Below, in pieces: positions 1-38,811 of a DNA stretch of 64,000 bases. Source of the DNA: the human T2T-CHM13v2.0 reference genome, Homo sapiens; the NCBI RefSeq assembly GCF_009914755.1, contig NC_060931.1; one strand, 5' to 3'. Numbering within the stretch: the first letter of the stretch is position 1; every line of letters starts with the position of its first letter. The notes beneath the pieces are model-generated. The model had not been told where the DNA came from, made no database searches, and saw only the letters and a program-made list of their open reading frames with translations. The translations under genes and the position numbers were made by a program.

Positions 1-405
1 TCACCTTCAGCACCTGCTTCACTCTCTAATAGTACGTTAGTGTTAGGTGTGTGTTTTTTCTTCCGTTAGAAAGTAAGTTCCATGGGCAGGACCTTTTAGG
101 GATTGTTCATAGCTGCATTCCTGTAACTAGTAAGCAGTAGGCTCTCAGTACTTATTTTCAAAGGCATTATTGAATTATAAGATGCTTGACACTCCATATG
201 CCTTGCTGTTCAGAGGCCAGTGCACCATGTTTTTTCATGTTGATTTGAAACTTCCTTCGCCCTTCTTTCAAAAGGCCTCTGAACTGGGAATGAGCCTCTG
301 CGCTGGGAACATTCTTAAAGGTGGCCTGGGGTAGAGAGGGATCAAGTCAGAGGGATAGGTGGCAGGCATTGAGCTTGGCTCTTATTATATTAGCTGCTGA
401 GTCCC

Positions 406-705
<300 letters not shown>

Positions 706-1315
706 TTGAGTCCCTTCTTGCAAGAGCTGGGTTGAGCTGCCATCTTCTGTTACCTGCTGCTTGTGCCAGCTTGCTATCTTCTGGGAGCCAGGGCTTTGTG
801 GCCATCAAGAGGAATGGGCTTCTTTCCTCCAGGGAGTTCCCCCCAGCTCATGCTGGCAGTGTGCCACCTCCCAAATCTTTCTCTTGTTTTTCTGTGTTCT
901 TTTCTCTAGTTCCTTTTCTCTGAGTGTTTCTCATTCAGTGTTTCTCTCCTGTATTCTGTCTCCCCTCCTGGTAAGGAGTGCCTTTTCCCGGAGGCCTGTC
1001 TCCTCCCTACCAACCAGATCCACTGGGCCTGGGTCTAATTTCTTCCATTTTTCTGAGGCATAAGTATCTCTGCCCAGTGGCACTGGCAAAGCCCTGGGGA
1101 AGCCAAGTTGAAGCTGATTTGGTTCCTGTCCGACTGTTTATCCCTGGAGCTTCTGTCTGGCCTGCCTCAGCAGGCCTGTGCTTTAGAGCCTGGGGAGATG
1201 ACACACACTGGACTGGGTTTTGCCTTTGACTTATAGTCCAGTGGGTCAGTGCCTCCAGCCCATGTCCAGCAGCCCTGCTGGGGATGTTGAGTTGCTGCAA
1301 GGTTCATGCTATTAG

Positions 1316-1955
<640 letters not shown>

Positions 1956-2717
1956 AAAGTTCTTATGAATAATTAATCTTTCAGGAAAAGAAAGCCATGG
2001 CCCCATGTCACCCATGGAGAGATAAGGCTCTGCTAGATAGAAAACTTGCTCATGGGTACCTGTCCGTGAGGGGCTTGGCAGGTTCATGGCTTTAACTGTG
2101 TGATTTCATGTCGTGTCATTCCTTTGTGGTTTCTGATAAACACAACCTGTGGTAGTCTGTGTTTACCAAAGAGTCTCAAGCCTGGAAGGACCTGCTGCCC
2201 TACCCACCAGGCTTCACTGGAGCCAGGGCAGACGTGCACAGGAGTGGTGGGCAGCCTTCCAAGGGGCCCAGTGTGTGTATTTCTCCGACTTGCTTCTCCT
2301 TTTGGGTGCTCTGGGTTCAGGAATATGTAGATATGTTTTGTCTCTTCAAATCCATATACCTAGTGGCCAGGTGAGTATTTGACACATGAATGTATAGCAG
2401 TCATTGGGAAACTCCACAGCTCATGTTTTCCTCATAGTAGATGTGTGCTCCCATCTCCATGGCTTTGTCCCTCACAACCCCCACCCCATGGTAAGTCAGG
2501 CCAGTGTCCTCCCAGCTGCAGAGCTGAGAAGGCTGCACAGTTGCCTACTGAGAACCTGCCTAGTGGGTCAGAGCAAAGTGAGAACGGGCCTGTGCCCACC
2601 CACAGTGTTACTGTCAGCCCAAGCTCTTTGGGATGTAGTGGAAAGTCATGGTGGATACGGTGAGGAGAGATGGAACCCAAGGTGCTGGCTACAGAGCTCA
2701 CTTGTGTTTCGTTTCAG

Positions 2718-13413
<10,696 letters not shown>

Positions 13414-15239
13414 GGCTGAGGGCACATCTTGCCCTTCCCCTCTCAGACATGGCTTCCTTATTGCTGGAAGAGGAGGCCTGGGAGTTGACATTCAGCACTC
13501 TTCCAGGAATAGGACCCCCAGTGAGGATGAGGCCTCAGGGCTCCCTCCGGCTTGGCAGACTCAGCCTGTCACCCCAAATGCAGCAATGGCCTGGTGATTC
13601 CCACACATCCTTCCTGCATCCCCCGACCCTCCCAGACAGCTTGGCTCTTGCCCCTGACAGGATACTGAGCCAAGCCCTGCCTGTGGCCAAGCCCTGAGTG
13701 GCCACTGCCAAGCTGCGGGGAAGGGTCCTGAGCAGGGGCATCTGGGAGGCTCTGGCTGCCTTCTGCATTTATTTGCCTTTTTTCTTTTTCTCTTGCTTCT
13801 AAGGGGTGGTGGCCACCACTGTTTAGAATGACCCTTGGGAACAGTGAACGTAGAGAATTGTTTTTAGCAGAGTTTGTGACCAAAGTCAGAGTGGATCATG
13901 GTGGTTTGGCAGCAGGGAATTTGTCTTGTTGGAGCCTGCTCTGTGCTCCCCACTCCATTTCTCTGTCCCTCTGCCTGGGCTATGGGAAGTGGGGATGCAG
14001 ATGGCCAAGCTCCCACCCTGGGTATTCAAAAACGGCAGACACAACATGTTCCTCCACGCGGCTCACTCGATGCCTGCAGGCCCCAGTGTGTGCCTCAACT
14101 GATTCTGACTTCAGGAAAAGTAACACAGAGTGGCCTTGGCCTGTTGTCTTCCCCTATTTTCTGTCCCAGCTCATCCGTGTCTCTGAAGAACAAATATGCT
14201 TTTGGACCACGAATTCCCAGTTTGGTCTACACAGGCTCGCAGCTCTCACCTGTCCTGCTGTAGCCTGAATGCTCCCATGTGGGAATAGCACCCCACCACC
14301 TGCCCAGTGTCTGCCTCTGCTCCGTGTCTGGGGTGAGCACCCTCACCCTGAGACTGTGGCTGATGATGATCAGCCACCAGGAAGAGGCTAAATGTTAAGA
14401 TGGGACTGAAGTTGGAGCCTTCCTGCGTTCCAGTTCCTCTAGGAGAGGCCAAGGGCTGCCCTGCTCCCAGCTTCAGGGAGCCTCTGCCTACATGGGATGG
14501 CCCACTGTGTGGCGTCAGGTACCTGGCACCCACTGAGCATCCGGGGAATTAGGTCCCTCCTGTGCCCCAGAGCTGCTAGGCAGACTGCTAGGCGGTTGAC
14601 TCAAGGTGTTACCTGCTAGTGCCTGGGGTGAAGGCTGCATGGAGCCCAACCTTGCTCCTGGCCTTCCTGTGCTCAGGCCTCTCCCCTTTTCGCCAGGGCT
14701 TCCTGGTGCCTCTCCCATGAAGAGGGAACTTCCCCTCCACTCCCATGGAAGACCCAGGTTTGGGCTGTTGCCAGCTTTGAGGCCCCCTGTGGGCTTGCCT
14801 GTCCCAACCCAAGAGGCAGGGCTCAAAGTGCCACCCGGGGGTTGCAAGGACAGCAGAGGACCACCTGCCCTCTGCAGGAAGCTGTCCAGGAAGCCGTGTC
14901 CTGGGCTGTGGTCCTTGCTCCCCATGGGGAGAGCCGGGTCACTTGGCCTCTTCTAACTGGCCCCAAGCACGCCAATTCTGGAGCATGGTTACTAAGTGGC
15001 TCTGAAGCTTCAGGGTCACCACAGGCTTGTCCTGACTGCAAACTCATGGAGTGGTTGCAGCCCTGGCTCAGTGTCCTGATGACTAGGTGTGGGTACTAGG
15101 CTCCTGCCCCTGGTGACACACGTATGGAGTGGGGGAGGGTGGGTGGCTGCACCCCTGGTTCTGGAGTCCCCACAGCTGATGGCGGTGTGAGCCTGGCATG
15201 CACGGCTGCGCTGGACTCCAGGCTGTTGGGGGAGGTGCC

Positions 15240-15245
15240 TTTATT
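15240..15245 (-). terminator. PGAM2 polyadenylation signal AATAAA
   Basis: TTTATT on + strand, 15 nt downstream of the PGAM2 stop codon. Confidence 0.9.
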
Positions 15246-15260
15246 GCCCAAGCCCACCCC

Positions 15261-18026
<2,766 letters not shown>

Positions 18027-18087
18027 GGTGGCAGCAGGGACCACAGAGGACTCTGGACGGGGACGGCTGCTTCCCAACACTCCCAGC

Positions 18088-18093
18088 TTTATA
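18088..18093 (-). promoter_or_regulatory. PGAM2 TATA box (TATAAA)
   Basis: TTTATA on +, about 62 nt upstream of the ATG; an inverted CCAAT (18132-18136) and an E-box CAGGTG (18155-18160) lie just upstream. Confidence 0.85.
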
Positions 18094-18219
18094 ATAGTGT
18101 CTTCCCAGCCCCCACCCACCCCAGCCAACTGCCAATCAGCATTCCAGGCGGTGGCAGGTGACCAGTAGCTGAGCTGCTGGGGGCTGGGGGCCAGGGGAGT
18201 GTGCAGGCCAAGAGGCTGT

Positions 18220-18231
18220 GCTTAAAATAGC
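18220..18231 (-). promoter_or_regulatory. MEF2 site in PGAM2 promoter
   Basis: GCTATTTTAAGC on the minus strand, MEF2-type A/T-rich box about 130 bp upstream of the TATA box; a single MEF2 site is known to drive muscle expression of PGAM2. Confidence 0.8.
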
Positions 18232-21200
18232 CCCACACATCCACCAGCTCCTGGCCTGGGTTCAGGTGGCATGTCTATAACCAGCTGGCACCCAGAGCCC
18301 AGACTGAGTGGGGCTGCTGGTCAGGGATGGGCGTGAAGGGCAGAAGTCTGGGCCAGGGGAGATGGGGATAGCAGGGACAGAGGGGGTCTCCAGGGCAACG
18401 CTCAGTGGCCTATCAGCCATTCTCTGCTCAGACAGAGGCACAAACAAAATCCCAACCCCTTTCTCCTGTGATTGGCAGCCAGGCTAGGAGGCGGCCCTCA
18501 GCAGGCAGAGGAGGAGAGCCAGAGGAGCTGGTGCAGACCACAGCTTTGTGGAGAGGAGTCTGGCCTTGTGGAAGGTACCAGGCAGCAGCAGCAGAATGGG
18601 CAAGGGCTGGGGCTGAGCCGGGTTTCCAGGACAAAGGGGGAAAGGGCCCCTGTCTTTCCTCCGGGGTCCCTTTGTCAAGGTCTCATCCATACATGCCCCA
18701 TGCTCCCACCCTATCTGCCCTCACCCAAGCCACGCTCACTCTCCTAGCCGAAACCACCTTGAAAAAGAGAAATCCAAGGGGGTTTGGGGGCAGGACTGAG
18801 GACTGTCAGAAGTCTTGATTGTTAGGTAAATGCTCAGCTTAGCAGGAACCCACAACGTAGGCTGAAGGGTGGCACGGAGTTGAGTCTAGGACCAAGACTT
18901 CTGCATTCAGGTTTGGGGGATGAGAGCCACCAAGGCAGGGAAGAGACTATGAGCAATAAAGTCACAATTGGGGCCCTAATGAAGGGGCCATGGCCAGACC
19001 CTTGGGCATGGGCCCCATCCAGGGCCTCCCATTTCCTCCCACCCCAGTGACCACACTGTCACCTGCGACACTTCTGATAACAGGAGCGGGTAGGTGAGAG
19101 GCCAGCAGAGGGACCACCACTCTGAGACTTGGATCTGAGTGTGCAAGAAACCCTCGACAGGCCTCCCTCCATCCCTGCTGGCCTACCTGGGGAGGGGCTC
19201 CTGGCTTGGGGCCTGTGAAGCTAAGGCTCTGTACCCAAAGGTTGGCAGACAAGTCCCAGTGGGCAAAGTCCTGTCGGCTGCCAGGACCCCCAAGGCTGGC
19301 AGGTGGAACCCATCCCTCCTAGCAGTGCCATGCGCAGGTCTCACTGTTCCACACTGATCCTGATTGAAGCCACATCTCCTCATCTGCTTTTGTCCCTTTG
19401 ACCAAGAGTTGATTCACTAGCCCAACTAAACATGACTGAGGACCAGGCTCTGGCAGTCCCACAGGGGCCAGACATGAAGCCCATATTTCAGTGGAGGAGG
19501 GATCGTACCAGCAGCTAAACATGCCTACCGTAGATAGCACCAGATGCTAGGAAGGAAGGACCATAATGTACTGGGAGAGATGGGAAAGGAGAGGCCGGGG
19601 ACAGCCCTGAGGTGACATGTGAGTGGAAAGAGCGGAGTGCAAAGGCCTCAGCTATGATGAGTCCTACAGGGAGAGCAATTCAGGTAGAGGGGTTGGCAAA
19701 GACCCAAGCCCTACAGAAAGCAAACAAGCTGGGGCAGCGACCATCAGGGGCACATGGCAGAGAGGTGGGCTTTGTGTCCCAACACAGTGGGAATCACTGG
19801 AGACTTTGAAGCATGGTCATATTTTCAAGTCACTTGCAGCTGTGTAGGAGTGGAAGTAGAAGCTGAGTACCCTGCAGGTCTCGGCAGCTTTGATGAGAAC
19901 AAGGCCGCTTAGCCAGGGCTGGGTGCAGAAGCAGTGGCAAGGATCCCCCAGACCTGGGAGACCTCACTGCCAACCAAGCAGGAGGTGTCAAAAAGGAAAG
20001 GGGAGCCCAAAGAAGGGCTGGACTTCGGGGAAGCAAGCCCCTGCTTCTGACCCTTGGCTCCGGCTTGACTTTCCTTTGATTCATTTGACAAGTAGTTGCT
20101 GGCCTCTGCAGTGTGCCAGAGCTTTCTTGGAGGGGTACAGGGGTAGGAAAACCAAAAGCCACCCTCAGGGCCTCCATCCAGGAAGGCATAGCATGGTGGG
20201 CGGCGAGGAAGGCTGCTGAGTCAACAAGGTGGTCCCAGGAAGGTGGAGGGAGCATCTTCCCATGTCTCTCCCACTGACAGCCACCAATCCTGGACAGATG
20301 CAGGAGCAGCTGTCAGTAGACAGATAAGAAAAGGAGATCAGATTCAAAGTTCCGCAGAGAAGTGGTGAGGTAACAAGTATTGCCTAGCCTGGACACACAG
20401 GCGGCTTGAAACCTCAAGTGCACCAACAGAAAGAGCTCCAGGAAGAATCAGAGGAGTGGGATGTGAAGCCCCTCGAAGTCAGTGAGTTGGGGGAATCCCT
20501 CCAATTTTTCTTTTCTTCTCTACCCCAGCTCCTGGGCAGTAACATGGAGGTGGCAGTGGTGGCACAGTGACGGTAGTGTGAGCTGGGTACGCACCTGAAA
20601 CCTGAGAGGGTAACGCTACCCTCTGTCTAGAGGAGCCATGGCCCCAAAAGCATGGGGCAACCACCTTCTGCAGCTCCTTTCTGCCCCCCTGCGCTGGGCC
20701 CTGGATGCAGTTTCAGGGAGTATGCAGCAGGGTAGGGAAAGAGCCCCAGATTTGTGGCTGGAGGTCTTGGTAGGGATGTTGCAGGGAGCTGTTGTGTTTC
20801 AGGGAGAGTACAGAGAAGGGAGAGATGAAGTGAGTGATCCGATAAAGTGATATGTGAAGTCATTGGCTTGCTGCCAAGCTGCGCACAGGGCTGACCCTAG
20901 ATGCACATTGCAGGTCCCAGACTGACCGGTGTAGATACAGGACTAATATGACTAGTAGTGCAAACACTTTAAACAGTCAACATTCTGCTTAGGATTTAAA
21001 CAAGGTCCAGAGTCTCAACATAATATTTAAAATATCCAGGTTATCCAAAATAACCCAGTGTATGAAAACCAGGAAAATCTTAACATGGGAGAAAAGAAGA
21101 TGATCAATACATGCCCATCCTGAGATGATTCAACTATTGGAATGATCAGATACAGACTTCAAAGCAGCTATTTATAACCAGCCTTCAGAAAGTATTGGTG

Positions 21201-21943
21201 AATATTCTTAAACAGAATGGAAATGACAAAGCATGGAGTCCATAAATTAGATGATAGTTTGGAAAAAGATATAAACTTACAAACCAAGAAGCTCAGTGAA
21301 CCACACAACTGGATAAATTAACAACAAAAGTCCAAGCTTAGACACATCATAAAGAAACTTCTGAAAACTAAAGACCAAGAAAAATAAGATCAGCCAGAGA
21401 AAAACGATACATTTCATTCAGGTGAACAATTCTTTGAAAGACTGGATCTTCACCAGAAACTATAGAGGCCAGAAAGAAGTGGAACATTTTTAGTTTTGAA
21501 ATAACTGTCACCCAAGAATTCTATATCCAGTAAAAATTTCTATTTTACTGGAATAAAAGAATGAAATAAAATAAAGACATTCTCAAATGAAGGCAAGCTG
21601 AGGAAATTCATAACCAAAGAATCTGCTTTAAAAAAATGTTAAACCAAGTTCTTCAGACAGAAGAGATTACTGGGGGCAATTCAAAACTTTGGGAATGCAG
21701 GAAGAACATCATAAATGGCAAAAGTCCACATAAATATGAAACTATTCTTTACTTCTTTAAGAGTTATGTGATGGTTGAATTAAGTCATGATACTGTCTGA
21801 TGGAGGCTTCAGTGTATACAGATGTAAGACAACTAGAACATGAGGGGAGAAGGGTGAAGGGACCTAGATGGTAGTGAGGTTTCTACATGCTACTTGAAAT
21901 GGCAAAACATTAATCTAAATTGACTGTAAGAGTATGTGTATTT

Positions 21944-22255
21944 GGCCGGGCAGGGTGGCTCATGCCTGTAATCCCAGCATTTTGGGAGGCCAAGGTGGGT
22001 GGATCACCTGAAGTCAGGAGTTCGGGACTAGCCTGACCAACATGGCAAAACCCTGTCTCTATTAAAAATACAAAATTAGCCAGGTGTGGTGGTGCATGCC
22101 TGTAATCCCAGCTACTCGGGAGGCTGAGGCAGGAGAATTGTTTGAAATCGGGAGGCGGAGGTTGCAGTGAGCCAGATTGTGCCATTGCACTCCAACCTGA
22201 GCGACAAGAGCGAAACTCCATCTCCAAAAAAAAAAAAAAAAAAAAACACAAAAAA
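21944..22255 (+). mobile_element. Alu (AluS-like)
   Basis: GGCCGGGC start, A tail. Confidence 0.93.
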
Positions 22256-22845
22256 ACTATGTGTATTAGAACCCCTAGAACAACCACTATGTGTGTGTGT
22301 TGGGGGTGTGTGTGTGTGTGTATAGGGAGAAGGAGAGATAGGAGGGAAGGAAAAAAGGAAAGAAGAAACAGCAATGGAAAACAGGGAACAAACAGAAAAC
22401 AACATAATGGTAGATCTAAAGCCAAACATTTCAATAGTTGCATTAAACATAAATGGCCTCATCACGCCAATTCGACATATTATCAGTTTGGATTATAAAA
22501 ACCTAATTATATGCTGTCTTTAAGTAACTCACATTAAATATAACAGGATACAAGTAGGTTGAAGTAAAAGGTAACAACTCATTCTCTGAGGGCAGTATTA
22601 CCCTGACACCAAACCCAGACAAACAACCTAAGGAAACTACAGACCAACCTCTTATGAGTACATATGCAAAAATTGAGAGTCCAGGGAAAAATCCTTCACA
22701 CAATGGTTAATTGATTTTTGACAAGGGTGCCAAAATAATTCAATGAGTAAAGAATAGTATCTTTAACAAATGGTGCTGGGACAACTGGATTTCCACGTGC
22801 AAAACAATGAATCCCCACTTTACACTTATATAAAAATTAACTCAA

Positions 22846-23300
<455 letters not shown>

Positions 23301-23543
23301 GAAACAAACTATAAAAGAAAGCAAAGAAAATCTTTGTGATTTGGGGTCAGAGATAGGACTCCAAAAACATAAGAAAAAAACTGGTAAACTGAATAAATTG
23401 ATAAACTGGACTTCACAAAAATTAAATACATTTACTATGAAAAAAACAGTGCTAAAAGAAGAAAGATAGTCTACACACTGGGAAAAAATATTTACCAGTC
23501 ACCATAGTGGCACATAAAGAACTCTCAAGATTGAACAGTAACA

Positions 23544-23738
<195 letters not shown>

Positions 23739-24135
23739 TGAGGACATAGAAGCCAGTGAACAGATGTTCAACGTTATCAGGCATTAGGGAAATGAAAATA
23801 AAACCACAGTGAGCTACTGTTATGTACCTACTACTAGAAAAGCTAAAGTTAACAAATACTGCAACTATCAAGTGCTGACAGGGATACAGAGCAACTGCCT
23901 ACTGTGGTGTTTAACTTACAGGGGTGCTCACAACGCTGGTGGACTGCAAAATGACAGACGCACTCGGGACAACAACTTGGCTCTTATGAAATAAACATAT
24001 ACTTACCAAATGACCCAGTAATCCTGTGCCTATTTACCCAAGAGAAATGAAGACCCATGTGTTACACGAAAACCTGTACATGCATGTCTGTAGCAGTACG
24101 ATTCATCATCTCCAAACCCTGGAAACAACCCAGAC

Positions 24136-24429
<294 letters not shown>

Positions 24430-24770
24430 ACAACCCAGACATTCAACACCTGAATGGATAAACTGTAGAACACCCATGGCATGGAACAAATTACAAACTC
24501 AACATACCCAGCAACCTGCAGGAACGTCAAAGGCATTAGGCTGTGGGGAGAGGCCAGTCCAAAGGTTAAATATAGTTTGGTTCTATTTACATGACATTCT
24601 AGAGAAAGCAAAACTATAGGGATGTAGCACCGCTAAGTGGGTGGGGGTGGAGAAGCACATGACCACAATAGGACAGCATGGGAAGTGTTCTGGGGATGGA
24701 CCTGGTGTGCCCTACGTGTGCAAAAACTGCACCCCAAGAGTCAACTTTACTGCATGTTTTCAAAATATTT

Positions 24771-24776
24771 TTTAAT
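24771..24776 (-). terminator. Candidate POLM poly(A) signal ATTAAA
   Basis: TTTAAT on +, about 1 kb downstream of the POLM stop; the first strong hexamer I found on the minus strand; AGTAAA variant at 24746-24751. Confidence 0.55.
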
Positions 24777-25789
24777 GTGATGAGTGGTCTGGGAAATCCT
24801 CGCCTAACAAAGTGGCTTTTGATTCAAGGCCTGAAGAAGGGGAGGGCCCACTCCAGGTAGATGACATGGCCAGGGCAAAACCTGAGGCCAGAGTGTGCCT
24901 GGGGATATGAGGGACGTGGAGGGCACCCATGTCCAGCCCACCTCAGTGCTTCTGCCTCAGTGAGAAGGGGAGGGAGTTGGCCACAAGGGGGCCTGGGTGC
25001 ATCAAATAGGAAGCCGGTGAGTCAAGCAGCTCGGGGCCAGTGGGGCTGGAGAGATGCCAGAGCCAGGGGCTATGTGTGGACTTAGGGTTTGGAACCATTA
25101 AAGGGCTCTGCGACGGGAGTGGCAGGATATGACCTATTTTTGAGACATTGTGCTGAGAACAGGCCTTAAAGGCAGAAGCACAGAGCCTGGCTCGGGGCGC
25201 TGCAGTACTGAAGCCCCATAGTTGAAAATTATCTTCCTCCCAGCTCCTACCCAGGCCCTCTCCCTCTCCAGATGCCTACAGCACACCAGACAGTAGGCTC
25301 CTTGCTGGCACGAACCACAGCCTCCAGCTCATGGCTCTCAAATGCAGTGCAGGTATGCATGGTTCTCTTCTGGGCATTCTGGGCAGGGTGCCCTGCAGGA
25401 GCCACAGTTAACTGCAGTGCAACTAATGGGACACTGCACATCAGGGACCACTTGCCATTCATGACTGCAGGCCCCACCACAGCTCCACGATGTGGGCCCC
25501 GCTCACATCCCATCCAGGGCAGGAACGTGAGCCATGGGGAGGCTAAGAGCAGACCCAGGGTCACACAGTGATGAGGCTGGCACTGAGGGCTCCTACCTCA
25601 TCACACCCTGCAGCACACCAGCAGGGGCTCAACTGATCCTGCAGGCACAATTGACCTCCGGAAGAGCCAGGCCTTGGCGGGGAGGGGTGAAGGTGGGGGT
25701 CAGGGGGCAGCATATCTGCCTGGAGACATTCAGTGGCCAGGTTGGGGGCAGCCCAATTTCCTGAGTGGAAGTTGGGGACACAGGCAGGC

Positions 25790-34940
<9,151 letters not shown>

Positions 34941-35599
34941 TGGGACGACAGCCTCCAGCAGCGCGGAGCGAACGCAGAGGGAAACTCCGAGCGAGACGGA
35001 AGGAAGCCCCAGTGAGGCTGACGGAAGCGGGTGGGCGGGCGGGCGGCCGCCGGCTGGAAGAGGACGTGGCCCCGCCCTATGCAAATGAGGCCTCTCCGTG
35101 GGGCTCGCTACTTGGGCCAGTCGGAGCGCTGGGGAGGGTCCGGGCTCCTACAGGATTGGGTGTCCCGGCCGCTCCGGAAGACCCGCCTCCATGCAAATAA
35201 CGGCAGAGGACCCGCCTTTTATTTAAATTAATGTCTCGGAAAGCGCTGTTCGGCCCCATTGGCCTCCGGGAGGAGAGGCTGGGCTGGAGCGGGGCGGGGA
35301 GGGTGTTGGAGGGGGTGGAGGAGGCGGGGTCAAGGGGGCGTCCCCGGCTAGGGAGGGTGAACTGGGACCTAGGCCCGGGCGGAGCGGGGTGGGCTGTGTC
35401 CTTGGCGCCGGGGCTGGGTCTAGGGTTGAGCCGGCGGCTCGGGGCGGACGCGTGCGGGCTGTGCCCGATCCCTCTGCGCTCGGGACTGTCACACGGAAGC
35501 CGGCGGGCGCAGGACCGACACGCGGGTTTCCAATGCGCTGGTGGGGCGGTCGCTTCAAACACGCGGGAAGATTTTTCAGTCGAATGGCATTAGGACAAC

Positions 35600-36210
35600 T
35601 GGCGGGCCATTTGGAAAAATAGAAGTTGGTGCCCTTCCTCATTCCTTAACACCAAAATAAATTCCAGATGGGTCAAACATTTCCATCTAAAAAGGAAACC
35701 AACAACGTACTGGAAAAAAGTCGGTGAATGTTTTTATGATCTAAATATCACAATAAACTTGGAAACACTAAAGGAAAAGAATGATAAACTGGACTACAGA
35801 CAAATTTTAAATCTGATTAAAAATTAAAGTCAGAAGATAAACTGGGATAAAGTGTGAGATATTTTGGAATTAAGATTATCTCATGATAATCTTATCAAAT
35901 TGTCCATAGATAAAAAGACAATAATTTAATAGAAAAATTAGCAAAAAAACTCACGTAGATGATTCTTAGAAGAAATCCTGGTCAATAAATTTATGACCAG
36001 AGTGCCCAACCTGTCCAGTCGTTACAGAATACCTAAATGAGAATATCTTCAGTTGTGGGTTTATCAAACATTCAAAAAAATTGACCACACATGTTGAAGG
36101 TGCGAGGTAATTGGCAATCCATAGGAAGGACTGTGGAAGCCAATGTGGCAACCACATCCAACAAAATGAAAACAAAATAATACACATTGATCCAGCAATT
36201 CCTTTCCCAA
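35600..36210 (+). mobile_element. Old L1 fragment
   Basis: A-rich, L1 ORF2/3'-like wording (AAAATAAATTCCAGATGG, GATCCAGCAATTCC). Confidence 0.65.
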
Positions 36211-37194
36211 GATTGGGATTGCATTGAATCTATAGATCAAGCTGGGGAAATCTGATGTCTTGATAATATCAAGTCTTCTGTCTATCTTATTTAGATATAC
36301 TCCATTTGTAACCTCTGTTACGGTAGTGTGGCACTGCTCAGCCTAACTGATGGGACACCAGATCAGATGCAACCCCCTTCCACATGCCTCTCCTCATCAC
36401 TGCCCCATCGTCCTCAGTCTTGAGCCCCAGACTCCTTGAGCACCTATCCTTTTTCTTTGGCTCCTCTCTGACATCTTTAGTGGGCTGGCTCTTCCCCATC
36501 TCTGCACTCAGAGCACAGGGCTGAGGGGAGTGGGGGAGATGGCTCAGCCCAGGCATCCTCTTGACCTCCTACACCATCTCCCAGCCTCCTAATTCATCTA
36601 CCTCTTCAGGGCTGTAGAGCTTCCTGGGCCTCAGGACCCACATACAGAAGCCAGGAGGCCTGCGTATGGTCCCTCTCTCCCCATCCTCCCCTTGTGCCAG
36701 CAGGGATGGGCAGGCTCTAAGGGTCTTCGTCTGTGGATCTGGCTCCTACCCTTCTCAAGGAGGAGGCTCTGCCCAAATATCCCCTGAGCAGATCCCTCTA
36801 GCTGTCTAAAACCATTTCTGTTCCTTTTAATGTCCTCTGTCTGGCCAGAGCACCTGGGCTCCCCTTGGAGCCCTTGTTCTCTCCTGGGAAGGCAGAGGCA
36901 GTTTTTAAGTCTATGAGACCTGAATACTTAAAACACTGGGCAACTGTGCAAAAATGTTTGTGCAAGGAATCTCATCCAAATGACAATGGAAGAAACTGCC
37001 TAGCTTAGAAATCAGCCAGGCCCTCTGAGTGGTTGCTGCAAAGTGTCTGCTAGGACAACATGGGGCTGAAGGATTCATGAAGATTGGCCAGTGGGGGCAA
37101 GAAGGGGTGAGGAGGTGGGGAGAGAGAGGGACTTGCCTGCTCTGCAGGACGAAGATGTGCCCTATACCCAGGGAGAGGTGGCCTGCCGTGGAGG

Positions 37195-38191
<997 letters not shown>

Positions 38192-38194
38192 GTG

Positions 38195-38335
38195 CCCCCA
38201 CTGGAGAACATGGTGAGGGGGTGTCCCTGCTGGAGGATGGTTGGGGAGGGGGTCCCTGCTTGAGGATGTGGGAGGTATACCTGCTGGAGGAGGGGTGAGG
38301 GAGGGTGTCCCACTGGAAGATGGGGGTGGGGCGCA
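38195..38335. repeat. Degenerate G-rich minisatellite, ~25-32-bp unit (CCCTGCTGGAGGATGG...GGGGTGT)
   Basis: About five copies of the CC(T/C)(G/A)CT(G/T)GA core followed by G runs. Confidence 0.7.
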
Positions 38336-38811
38336 GTGGGGAGCCATACTAGGGCCAAGAATATCCCCAGGACTGGAGGTAGCTTTTGCAGCTTAAACAA
38401 GAGGCATAGTCGCGAGGGCAGGTTAGGACTTGGGTGTGTCCAAGAGGCACTTGGAAGGAGTTGCCCTTCCCAGAGGGTGGCCCTTGAGCTATGGAAAAGA
38501 TCCCACTGAAAGGAGATGGTTAGATTATCTCCTGCACATTGGAAATTGTCTTTGAGTTTCCATCTTCAATGGGCCTGGTTTCCCTGTACTTGTCTGTGGT
38601 GGTCACTGTGGGAAGGCAGTGAGGAGTGGGTCTGGGGAGGGAGAGGGACTGCCACAGGGGCAGCAGTGGCCACCCCCCACAGGTCCAGACCATCCCCTCT
38701 CCAGAGTACAGTGGAGCAGGGTACACCTAAGAGCTCCAAATAATACTTAGGCCCAGGCCCCTCCCCAAATAATCCAGTTTAATTGGTCTGGATATGGCTT
38801 GGGCATTGGCA

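Noticed and set aside
34941-35084. Upstream in-frame extension of POLM (MHRAGPRPL...)
   Set aside because: Starts at a non-ATG codon inside the octamer/promoter region; the spliced CDS from 34940 already gives the expected 494 aa.
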